Virus record (IMG/VR): IMGVR_UViG_3300034357_000407
Span: 1 to 52,799 of that record
Strand: one strand, 5' to 3'
DNA from: a virus
Lineage: Duplodnaviria; Caudoviricetes
Length of the DNA: 52,799 bases
In this document: piece by piece, positions 7,975-18,200 of the stretch
How positions within the stretch are numbered: position 1 is the first letter of the stretch
Layout: the number at the start of each line of letters is the position of its first letter
The notes under the pieces: model-generated
What the model was told of the DNA's origin: nothing
The model's input: the letters and a program-made list of their open reading frames with translations, nothing else
The model's database searches: none
Translations under genes and position numbers: made by a program

Positions 7975-8143
7975 AATAGAAGTTGAAGGTGGGTTTTGGT
8001 TTGATCCAGATTGCCCAGGAGAAACCGAGTGGTTTATGAATATGCTGAATGATAAGGAAAATACGTTTGCAATACTTCATAGTAATGAAATTGGAGATAG
8101 TTTAGGTCAGTCAAATAATTTTAAATACGAAATAATAAAATGA
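7952..8143 (+). CDS. Hypothetical protein
   Basis: 63-aa ORF coupled to neighbours. Confidence 0.6.
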   Translation: MKIKVEFEIEVEGGFWFDPDCPGETEWFMNMLNDKENTFAILHSNEIGDSLGQSNNFKYEIIK

Positions 8144-8568
8144 GAAAGTTTAAATTAGCAAAGAGCTATCCAGGTTCTCCTAAAGTTGGAATTGTAGTGG
8201 AAGAAAGTGATTCTGTAAGTGCATATGTATTTGAAGATGTAGAAAATTCAATATTTTTTAAGACACCAAAGCGATATATTGAAGACAACCCTGAATATTG
8301 GGAAGAAGTTATCGAAAATAAGTTTATGGTATCTACAAGAAATTCAGCTTTTCTAAATGCATATAACGTAGCAAAAGTAAAATCTAATTACAAATGCAAT
8401 GAATATGAGGTATTGTTCAATTCAAGAGAAGATGCTAAAGAATTTATACTTTATAATAAACCTTGCTTGAGTTATGGAGATTTAATGTGGAACTTTGTAG
8501 AGGACACAAAAAAGAATAGACTTAATGTAAACATAGATGAATTACTTGAATTAATAAAGACAAAGTAA
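8140..8568 (+). CDS. Hypothetical phage protein
   Basis: KFKLAKSYPGSPKVG...IEDNPEYWEEV...ILYNKPCLS pattern seen in Bacteroidetes phages. Confidence 0.7.
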   Translation: MRKFKLAKSYPGSPKVGIVVEESDSVSAYVFEDVENSIFFKTPKRYIEDNPEYWEEVIENKFMVSTRNSAFLNAYNVAKVKSNYKCNEYEVLFNSREDAKEFILYNKPCLSYGDLMWNFVEDTKKNRLNVNIDELLELIKTK

Positions 8569-8570
8569 AT

Positions 8571-8855
8571 ATGACAGTAGAAGAAAAACTTAATAAATAC
8601 AACGAAGAGGCTATAGATAGCCTATTTGAACCTCAAGCAAAAACAGAAAAATTTGAAGGATTTATAAGTATATTTGAAAACAAAAAAGATAACATTATGA
8701 ATAAAGAAAGACAATACCTTGAGTTAATAAAGGCTCAGGAACAAATAATAAAAGAGTTGAAAGAGACTAATTGGATGTACTTCTTAGGGGGTTTTACTGT
8801 TGGTATTCTTGTTGCGTATTTAATTATTGTTTTAACAACTATAATAACAAAGTAA
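8571..8855 (+). CDS. Small membrane protein (coiled coil plus C-terminal TM helix)
   Basis: C-terminal WMYFLGGFTVGILVAYLIIVLTTIITK. Confidence 0.65.
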   Translation: MTVEEKLNKYNEEAIDSLFEPQAKTEKFEGFISIFENKKDNIMNKERQYLELIKAQEQIIKELKETNWMYFLGGFTVGILVAYLIIVLTTIITK

Positions 8856-8858
8856 AGT

Positions 8859-9032
8859 ATGAGTAATTGTGCATCACACCAAATAGAACTAGAGAGGCTT
8901 CACAAAGAGCTAGAGGAGGTAAAGAAAGAAGTAGAGTTTTATTATCTACAAGGGTATAATGACGAGAAGGTTAATAGAAGGTATCACAAACTACTTTCAG
9001 AAATAAATGGAACTAAATTAAGTAAATTTTAA
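8859..9032 (+). CDS. 57-aa hypothetical protein (not in ORF track)
   Basis: ATG 8859 to TAA 9030-9032 fills the intergenic gap; MSNCASHQIELERLHKELEEVKKEVEFYYLQGYNDEKVNRRYHKLLSEINGTKLSKF. Confidence 0.65.
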   Translation: MSNCASHQIELERLHKELEEVKKEVEFYYLQGYNDEKVNRRYHKLLSEINGTKLSKF

Positions 9033-9037
9033 GAGAT

Positions 9038-9535
9038 ATGAAGGAAGCAATAAACTTTTTAAAGGATAATAAAGGGAAGTACCTTAATTTTAAAGACATA
9101 AATAAGACGTACTACACTGATTCATTTGTAAATGCAACACCAATACCAAACATTAAGGATGCAATTAAATTAGCTGAACACTTTAAGTTAGATGTTAAGA
9201 GTGTCGATGTTGAAGTATTTAAGACAGAATACTCTAAGATAGTATCAAAGATATTAGTTGTTGGAGAGTTATTGTATAGAGAATTAAATAGATACAATGA
9301 TGACATACCAGTTATTCCAGGATTAAATAAGCACGTTAGGAATGCTGTTCGCAATGCTTCAGATAAGTTAAAGGCTTTCCATAAACTATCTGATTCTATT
9401 GTTGCAACTGGTAAAGATGAGTTGTTCTTTGAGGCTTCAGGAGACTTTGAGGAGCTGATGAATTGCATTGTTGATGGTCTTGAGAAAGATACTATGAAAG
9501 ATTTAGTGAAAAAACTTAAGAAGAATACTAAATAA
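9038..9535 (+). CDS. Hypothetical protein
   Basis: 165-aa ORF. Confidence 0.75.
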   Translation: MKEAINFLKDNKGKYLNFKDINKTYYTDSFVNATPIPNIKDAIKLAEHFKLDVKSVDVEVFKTEYSKIVSKILVVGELLYRELNRYNDDIPVIPGLNKHVRNAVRNASDKLKAFHKLSDSIVATGKDELFFEASGDFEELMNCIVDGLEKDTMKDLVKKLKKNTK

Positions 9536-9550
9536 TCAAATTTTTTTATA

Positions 9551-9558
9551 TAACTTTG
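9551..9558 (+). promoter_or_regulatory. -7 promoter element
   Basis: TAACTTTG, 20 nt upstream of ATG 9579. Confidence 0.55.
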
Positions 9559-9578
9559 ACATCAAATAAGAAATTATT

Positions 9579-10025
9579 ATGGCGAAGTATGATAGAAGAT
9601 TAATTAAATCGAAGAAGATTACCATTGATGGTATCAACTTCTCGTCTCGTTTAGAAGGTACAATGTACAAACTTCTTAAGGAAAACAATATAAACTTTAA
9701 ATACGAGTCAGAGAGCTATACACTTTCTGACTCTTTCATTTTCAATAATAACTACCACGCAAGGTTATCATCTGGTAAAGGTGATTATATTAATCGTGGT
9801 TTTAAGAAGGTAAATGATATGTCTTATAAACCTGACTTTGTAATTAGACATAATGACTATTATGCAATCATAGAGACTAAAGGTTTACCAACAGAACCTT
9901 ATAATATGCGAATGAAGCTATTTAAAGCGATGTTAAATCGACAGAATATTAAATGTGACATATATGTTCCACAAACAAATTTAGAGTGTGTAGAAACGAT
10001 TAAATTAATCCTTGAAAGAATATAA
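9579..10025 (+). CDS. PD-(D/E)XK endonuclease (DUF1064 / endonuclease I-like resolvase)
   Basis: IDGINFSSRLE...YKPDFV...IIETKG. Confidence 0.8.
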   Translation: MAKYDRRLIKSKKITIDGINFSSRLEGTMYKLLKENNINFKYESESYTLSDSFIFNNNYHARLSSGKGDYINRGFKKVNDMSYKPDFVIRHNDYYAIIETKGLPTEPYNMRMKLFKAMLNRQNIKCDIYVPQTNLECVETIKLILERI

Positions 10026-10260
10026 AGAAATGGAAATTAAACACCCAAGACACCAAGTTAATAAGGCACTCCTTGAAAGCGAGAGAATTGTCTTAATCAA
10101 TCGAATGATGAAAAAAATTAATCAAGCAACTGATTTCTTGTACGAGAGTATGGTAGACCACGAAAGAGCCTACACATTTTCTGCAATAGATAAAATACAA
10201 TCTTACTGCGAGGAAATCAAGAATGACTTTGATAAATACCTGAAAAAAGATGGACAATAA
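10012..10260 (+). CDS. Hypothetical protein (start probably ATG at 10030)
   Basis: Short helical ORF coupled to neighbours. Confidence 0.6.
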   Translation: MKEYKEMEIKHPRHQVNKALLESERIVLINRMMKKINQATDFLYESMVDHERAYTFSAIDKIQSYCEEIKNDFDKYLKKDGQ

Positions 10261-11533
10261 TCTTAAAGAAAAATTATTAAATAGAGTTAGTGAACTTTAT
10301 TTAGAGAGTCAGAATATAACTCAGTCTTGCATTACTGCTTGTCGTGAGAGTGAGGTTGAGTATAACGATAGTCTACGGAGGTCGTTCTCAAAGAAGCTAA
10401 AAGACTTAGGTCTTACAAATGACTCTGAATCAGATAGTAATAATTACTCAAACGATAAAGAAAAGAAACCTAAAGGATTTACAGCAATAGGTCCTGATGG
10501 TCAGTTAATGTCTATTGAGAAGTATTGCGAGTTTTATGGTTTAGATTGTAGTAAGATTAGGAGTTATAAATTAATATCTCACTCAGGAATACCATTTTAC
10601 AATGTTGTATTTTATTCTTCGGAAGATGAGGTTATGTTTAACCTTGAAGATAGCTTTGAAGAAATAGTAAAGAAACATATAAAACCAGTTGTCTTTGAAG
10701 ATCTAAAGACGTTAGATAATAATGATTGGTTTGATAGACTTGTTTATACTGATACCCATATAGCTATGAATGTAAATGGTAAGGATGGTGATTCTTTATA
10801 TGAAGGCAAGTGGGATAAAGAAGAGGTATTAAATAGGTTACATAAGATGATTAGTCACGTTAAGAAATTCTCTACTTGTAATACATTGATTATAGATGAC
10901 TTAGGAGATTTTATGGATGGTCTTGGAGGTAACACAACAAGAAAAGGTCACGAACTTCCTCAGAATATGAATGACAAAGAGGCTTTTGATTTAGCCTTAG
11001 AGTTTAAGATTTACTTAGTAGATTCATTGATTCATAGTTATGATACAATAGTTTGTAATAATATAACTAATGACAACCACTCAGGGGTATTCTCTTACTT
11101 TGTTTCTCAAGCTGTAAAGAATATTTTAGAAGCTAAATACCCTAATAAAGTTTATGTAAACTCTATAAAGAGATTTATACACCATTACTCTGTTGGTAAT
11201 CATACATTTGTAATATCTCACGGAAAAGATATTGGGGAGCAGAAGTTTGGATTTAAACCAAAGTTAGATGCTATTCAAGCTGAAAAAATAGACCAATATT
11301 GTAAGGAACATAGATTGTATAATGGTAATCATATAGAATTTAGTAAAGGAGATTCTCATCAAGCTATATATGACGACACTACAAGTAACGATTTTAGTTA
11401 TTACAATTATCCAGCATTCTCTCCTCCAAGCAATTGGGTCAAGACAAATTTTAAGAATAGTAAGTCTGGATTTAATTTTTTTAATATAAGTAAAGAAAAT
11501 AATACAAAAATATCAATACCTTACTGGTTTTAA
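10250..11533 (+). CDS. Metallophosphoesterase with N-terminal extension
   Basis: YTDTH, LGDFMDG, NDNH, SHG and GDSH metal-ligand motifs. Confidence 0.8.
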   Translation: MDNNLKEKLLNRVSELYLESQNITQSCITACRESEVEYNDSLRRSFSKKLKDLGLTNDSESDSNNYSNDKEKKPKGFTAIGPDGQLMSIEKYCEFYGLDCSKIRSYKLISHSGIPFYNVVFYSSEDEVMFNLEDSFEEIVKKHIKPVVFEDLKTLDNNDWFDRLVYTDTHIAMNVNGKDGDSLYEGKWDKEEVLNRLHKMISHVKKFSTCNTLIIDDLGDFMDGLGGNTTRKGHELPQNMNDKEAFDLALEFKIYLVDSLIHSYDTIVCNNITNDNHSGVFSYFVSQAVKNILEAKYPNKVYVNSIKRFIHHYSVGNHTFVISHGKDIGEQKFGFKPKLDAIQAEKIDQYCKEHRLYNGNHIEFSKGDSHQAIYDDTTSNDFSYYNYPAFSPPSNWVKTNFKNSKSGFNFFNISKENNTKISIPYWF

Positions 11534-11543
11534 ATATAATGAT

Positions 11544-11837
11544 ATGGGATTAAATAGAAAAACAATCAAACTTCTCCATAAAGAAATAGAAGCTCTTAAT
11601 GAGGTTTTAGAAGGGGATAAAGTTTTGTACAGTTCAAACTATTGGACAGGAGGTACTTATAAGGCTATAAGTTACGATGAGGCTTTAGAAAAAATAATGA
11701 AAGAACTCTCTGAAAGTGCAGAAATAATTAGAGACCTTCAAAGTAAAATGGAGTGGCTTGAAATGCAAAATAAACATTTAGAATATAAATTAGAAAACGA
11801 AAAACAAAATAAATGGTTCGACACGATATGGAAATAA
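11544..11837 (+). CDS. Hypothetical coiled-coil protein
   Basis: 97-aa ORF. Confidence 0.65.
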   Translation: MGLNRKTIKLLHKEIEALNEVLEGDKVLYSSNYWTGGTYKAISYDEALEKIMKELSESAEIIRDLQSKMEWLEMQNKHLEYKLENEKQNKWFDTIWK

Positions 11838-12211
11838 ATAGAGCAATAGAAATGGTATCACAATTTATGATAGCTTGTGACCAAGAAGTAAAAGGAAGAC
11901 CATCTAATGTAGAAGATAAAGTAGCCTCACTTAGATACAACCTTATGTCTGAAGAAAATAGAGAGTATTTTGTGGCTTGCTTACAGAATAATAAAGTAGA
12001 AATACTTGATGCCTTAATTGATATGGCGTATGTATTATTTGGTACGGTTGCTGCACACGGAATGACTGAAGAGTTTATCAAGGGATTTACTTTGGTCCAC
12101 GAAAATAATATGACTAAGGTTCAAGATGATGGAAAGGTATTGAAGAATCCTGATGGTAAGATTTTAAAGCCTATGGGATATACATCTGTTAATCTAAGTG
12201 CATTACTATAA
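11813..12211 (+). CDS. MazG-like / PRA-PH nucleoside triphosphate pyrophosphohydrolase (start may be 11828)
   Basis: LMSEENREY...EILDALIDMAYV...VHENNMTK...DGKILKP. Confidence 0.85.
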   Translation: MVRHDMEINRAIEMVSQFMIACDQEVKGRPSNVEDKVASLRYNLMSEENREYFVACLQNNKVEILDALIDMAYVLFGTVAAHGMTEEFIKGFTLVHENNMTKVQDDGKVLKNPDGKILKPMGYTSVNLSALL

Positions 12212-12215
12212 AATG

Positions 12216-12250
12216 AAAAAGGAGGGGAATTTAACCCCTCCAATTTTTTT
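12216..12250. terminator. Bidirectional intrinsic terminator between the convergent modules
   Basis: A5-GGAGGGG-AATTTAA-CCCCTCC-AA-T tract. Confidence 0.85.
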
Positions 12251-15200
12251 ACTTATTATTTTGTTTCTTTCTTATTATTTCAAAGTACTCATCGCTGGTA
12301 TCTTCATCGAAATCATCTCCCATCATTTCAATATATTTAATGTTGTCTCCTTCCATTAAATCACCTACGTTATCGTAAATATACTTAGCTCTATCTCTAC
12401 CTTTACTTACCTTATCTAATTTCTTTATAGCTGGAAGAATAAACTTTTCATCTATTTTATTGTTAGCTTTCTTTATAGCTTCCTTTAATATGCTTAAAGA
12501 TGTTTCTTCTGAGATACCTTCTTCTTTAGTAAATTCATCTAACTTGTCAGTTAACTCTTCTACTGTCATTAAATTCTCTCCGCTATAATACTTATTCTCA
12601 AGTAACTTAAATGCGTCTTCAGATAGCTCTTCTTTTATCTTAGACTCCCTTACTTTATAGTATCCTTTAGTCTTATCCATACCACCTAACTTCTTAAGGA
12701 ATTCAACTTGCTCTACAATACTCTTACGCATTAAATTAAGTCTTATATCTTCAATGTATTCTGCTTTGTGTTCAAAGCTCATCTTAGACAACTCATTCAT
12801 TTGCTTCTCATTTAAAAATGATGTATTTAAAGTCTTATCAGGTGTTAATCTAGGATAAACAGCCTTATCTAAGGTTTCTCTAAATGTATTCAATTCTTTT
12901 TCGTACTGCTTAAATTCATCTTGAGTTACTTTACCTGTTACTAAAGACCAATAATCTTTGTAATCATAACTTTCACTTCCAGCAGCTACAACATAGTCTA
13001 TATTCTTTTTAAGTTTAGCTCCAGCAAATCCAGTTCCAGTCTCTAAAGCAAATAAGAATTGGTCTGTATTTGTGTATATCTCTTTCTTATCAATTACATT
13101 ATCAATACCTCTCATTGTTATAGATATGTTTGGTGAAGCTCCTTTTAGTGCTTGCATAACTATATCTTGAGATTTAAGGTCTGAAGGATTTACATCCATC
13201 TCCATAACGTCAGGACTATATTTAATTAGAGCAGCATTCTTAATTGAAGATGTTAATGTTCCAGCAAACCCCATACTCTCAAGTATAGAATCTATGATTT
13301 TATTACCAAATTGCAATATAGATGTCTTCTTATCCGCCTTACTTTCCTCTTCTTCATCATCACTACCTCTAAGAGCCTCTTTTATCATTACAGGCAGTAT
13401 TAGTCCAAAAGACGACATAGCTATAATTCTCTTCGTCTTAGAAGCATAATCTCCATCTTTTCTTAACATTGAATTTATATCAGAACTCATCATCTCCATA
13501 ATTTGTCTTGGAGATTGCAAATATCCACCCAACCCTAAAGCTAAAGCCCACTTTTGATAAAATGCAGTACCAGTGTAAAATGGAGCGTTTGATTGTAATG
13601 TCTTATTAACTTCCTCTGCAAAGAATTCATCTATATTTTCAGTAGTCGTAGTTTGCGTATCTACTTGGTATTTACCTTTATATAGTGGGGTTAAGGCTAT
13701 AACTGATATTTGGTCGAATACTGTTGTAAATATAAGTAAGTCAGATATTAATGCTCCAGAAACCCTATAACCTAAATTATCATTTATACTTTGAATAGCA
13801 GCAACCTCAGCATTATCTTTCCTCTTATTTGTTCTCTCAATGTAGTTCTTCGAATTAACTATTGCATTATAAGCCTCTTTTAGTTCATTAAATTCTTTAT
13901 TTCTAGTTTCTTTTTTAGCTAAATTCTTTAATGTATCTTTTAAGTATTTAAGGTTTCCTTCCTTAGCATAAGCAATTGGAATACCAGTTAACTGAGATAT
14001 AGCTGAAAATGCATTTAAAGCTAACTGAGCCGCTCTAAGTGTTGATCTACTTGCTACCCAAAATCTTGATGCAGACCCTACTAAATCTTTAGAACCCATA
14101 GATGTATCGTAAGCGTCATCTCTAACTATATTTAATATCTTTGTCTTAAACTTATCATTCCAAGCCTTTCCAAAAGCACTAATCATAGCCACATTGTTTC
14201 CTTCGTTAGCGTATAAATTCCTAACATCAGATACAATATCAGACCCTTGAACTAATGTAATAGCTTCTTTTGCTATATTATCAAACGAACGTGTTACAGA
14301 CAAATCATTAAGGTTTAAGTTACCTCCAGATGTTCTAGTGAATAATGAAGGGAATAATAAACTATAATCAGCATTAGGATTCTCAGAATCTTCAAAGAAT
14401 TCTAATACATTTCCTTCGTTTGTTCCAGATAATGATTCTGCTGACAATGGGTAGTATGGTATTTTTTCAGGAAGACCATTAGGGTAAACCATATCTAAAA
14501 TCTCGTATAAATCTCTAGTGGATTTATCATCTTTAATTTTTAATGCATCCTCTTTACTAACATACTTTGCCTCACCTAAAGTATCATATCCTAATTTGTC
14601 TAATGTAGGATTAACATAATCTCTTATGTTTTCAAATAACTTAGTAGACTTATCAGCAACATCCCTAATTCCAGGATTCTCATTTACATAAGATATAATA
14701 GACTTAGCATCCTCAATTGAATATGAATTTAAGAATTTATTCAATCCTTCAGGTTGTCTAAGCATATTAAATAATGCGGCAACACCTTCATTCTTCATTT
14801 TATCGAAAGGAATATATCTACTTACAAATTGGTCTTTAAATTTCTTTATAGAAGGGTCTTTCTTAATCATTAAATCTAATTCGTCAATAATACCAAGATA
14901 GTCTCCTTCAACTTTCTTTCCATTAATATCTATGCTAAATTGAATTTCATTTCTACCAACAAAAGACCAAAGAGGACTACTCTTATCACCGCCCTTAAAT
15001 ATAGCAACAGCGGTCTTAATTACATCGTATGTATTAGACTTTAAGATTCTATTATTGTTTAAGAAATTCTCTTTACCAATAACATCCTTAATAAAGTTAT
15101 CACGAACATCTCTAAATTCACTTACTTTTCTACCAAGCTTTTCAGAGTAAACCTTTAATCTATTTATCCAATTTTTGTCAAGGAATTCTTTAGCGCCTTC

Positions 15201-18200
15201 AACCGAAAATAAAGGCTCAAAGAATTTATTAGCACTAAATGTTGCGGTGCTATATCTTCTTCTAATATCATTAAAAGCTGTTTTAATACCTTTTCTATTA
15301 GCTTCTGCACTACTAGCTACATTTGATGTAGATATTGGATTAAAAGACACGCTACTTAATCCTTTTGTATCTGCAATAAAGTTAGATTTACCTGATTTGG
15401 TATTCAAGTATATCTTACCATTAAAGATAATACCACCTGAAAATTTATCAAATATCTTATCAATCATACCGTCAGACATTGATACTGTTCTCTTAGGCTC
15501 AATACTCTTATTCTTATTTAAAGAAATTATAGCTAATCTATTTGCATTCTCTCTTGATTTAGAATCTCTTGCTTTATTTATAGCTTTTCTTGCCTTAATA
15601 CCATCTTTTAATAGTTTATTTACCTCTAAGTAAAATACAGTCTTATCAGCTATTGTGGGATTAGTTATTTTGGCAAAATTCTTCTTAGCCTCTTCAATCT
15701 TCTTCTTAAATTCGTCAGTTACTTTAGTCTTAGTTACTTTTCCAGAAGTTTTATCCTTATAAAAAGTATCTTTAGATGCTTCCTTGATTTTCTTGTCAAG
15801 TATAGCCTCATCTTTTAACTCTCTTCTAAGATATAAGTCATCTATAATATCATTAATCTTTTCTGCTTGCCCCTCAAAGTTCATATCAGTTGTATTTTGA
15901 ACTATTGACGTTATTTTTTGATAAGCAGACTTAATAATATCAGAGGCATCAAGACCAACTAAATTAGACTTTACAAATTGATTTAAGTCTTTCTTTAACT
16001 TATAAATTTCTTTAGCTCTATTTTTCGTTATAGATATAGCTTCTTTTGCTACATTAAATAACTCTTGTAGTTGACTCTTAACTTCTTTTAGTGGTTTTAC
16101 TTTTTCTTCACCTTGCTCGGTAGGCTCTTCAGGTTTTGCTTCGGGTTCTCCTTGCTCCACTTCTTCGCTAACTGCGGTTTCTGGCTGTACAGGAATTTCA
16201 CTTGTTGTTTGCTCTTGAATGGCATCTTTGTCTTCTTTTTTAGTTGATAATTGTTTTAACGCATATTCTTTTAAATCAAAATCAGAAACAGATATATAAC
16301 CCATATCTCTAACGAGCTTTATACCATCATTTATAGCTTCCGCAAGAGTTTTACCTGCTTTATAAGAAACTTTGATTCCTTGTAAGAATTTTTTAGCAGC
16401 ATAAGCTGGTAGAGCTATTGAAGCATCAAAAGCACCTTTACCTTTTAAATCTAAAGCACTTATAGCTTTATCTAATAGTTTCTCAATTCTATCTCTTTCA
16501 TCTTTCTTAAAGCTTTCTATTAAGTTTTGAGCCTCTTGTAAATCTTTCTTATCTGCCTTTGTTTTTTTAGCTTTAAATACACCAATAGCTTTATTTCTTG
16601 TAGCCTCATCTCTAATACCAACAAGTTTGCCTTCAGGATTTACTTGTGATACAGCGAATGTTCCATCTTGTTTTTTGGTTACTTGAAATACTCTTTGACC
16701 CACCTTAACTAAGTCTTTATTCTTAGATTTCTTAACTAATTCATCTAATATTTCTTCTTCTATTTTAGCTAATAATTCTTCTGACTTCTTTTCTTCTTCT
16801 TTAAGTTCGTTAAGTGTTTTGGATTGAAACTCTTCTCTTCTCTTTCTTCTTTCTTCAGAATTTCTTTTCTTTTCTTCTGCTTTTATTTCTTTATCTGTTT
16901 TTCCAGCAACTTCTTTACCAGCAACTTGTAAATTAAGTTTTGTCTCTTTTTTATCAGATTGCAATGAAACATCTTTTAAAATTCTTTCTGCTTTTTCTCC
17001 AGACAATCTTCTTACAAGACCAGTTTCTTTTTCTTTTAACTTAACAACAGCTTTTCCTTTTTTATCTCTCGCTCTACTTACAAACTCATATTCTTTACCA
17101 TCTACTTTTACTACTGGTATTGATTTGCCTTGCTTAGCTTCCGTTCTTACTCCTTCTTGAGGGAATTTAGAAATACCAAAAGATGCTATAGGTCTGTTAG
17201 AATCTTCGTTAACCTTTCCTAGCTCTATTATTTCATTATTTGTTTCAAATACAATAGTGTTTTGATTGGTATCGTCTATCTTAATCATACCTTCTTTTGA
17301 TCCGATATATCCTTTTTGACCGATATTATCAGATAAATTTCCCTCTATTCTTTGTTCAGTAACTTCTTGTCTTAAAGCCTCTATCTCGTCTTCTGGAATA
17401 GTTACTACCTCATCTTCTTGTATTTCTAAATCTTCATCTTTAGTTGTTATTACTTCTTCTTGTGTTTGCACCCCTGCATCGACTTGCTGTGTTGTGCTAA
17501 CGGCTTGTTCTTCGGTTGTGGTTGTAGGCTTTTCTTCATTGGTGATTTGCCCATCAGTTTGCTTTCTTTTTGCATCTTCTTCTATTTTTTGGTTATATAA
17601 TTCTTTTGCTTTCTTGTCTATTAATTCTGCATTTATATTTATTGAAGCTTCTTCTTCTCCTTTATCAATCAATGCTTGTTTTAATATATTTTTTGCTTCA
17701 TCTTTTAATTTAGTCTGAACTTCTTCAGGTAATAAATCAAATGATGTTTTACTTCCATCTATTAACGCATCTCTGTTAGAAATCAACGAAGTGTATAATT
17801 CTTTTTGAGCATCTAATAATACCTTCTTTTCTTCTTTAGACAATTCTTTGTTCTCATTTATCTTATTAGCCTCTTGAAGTGTATTATCTATTTCTGTATT
17901 TAAAGATTCAATAGCGCTTACTCCTCCAGCATCTTTCTTGACCTTATCTATTATAGATAAATTGGTCTTATCTATATTTGATTGTATCTTGGAAATTCTA
18001 TCAAAATATATAGCTTTAGTTTCCTCACTAACATTTTCACCAAGTTTTCCTTTCCAATAATATAACTCTTTTTCAAGTTCAGAAATCTTATTCTTGTCAG
18101 AAGTAGATGCAATTCTATTTATAACACCCCTCCCCATAAGTGGGAATATTTTAGATATTAATGTAAATGTTGTAGTATCTTTTATTACATCATCAATAGA

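Noticed and set aside
12282-12325. GDDFDED near the end of the giant protein as a crAss-like virion RNA polymerase DxDxD motif
   Set aside because: It lies about 20 residues from the C-terminus in an acidic helical tail, with no double-psi beta-barrel context
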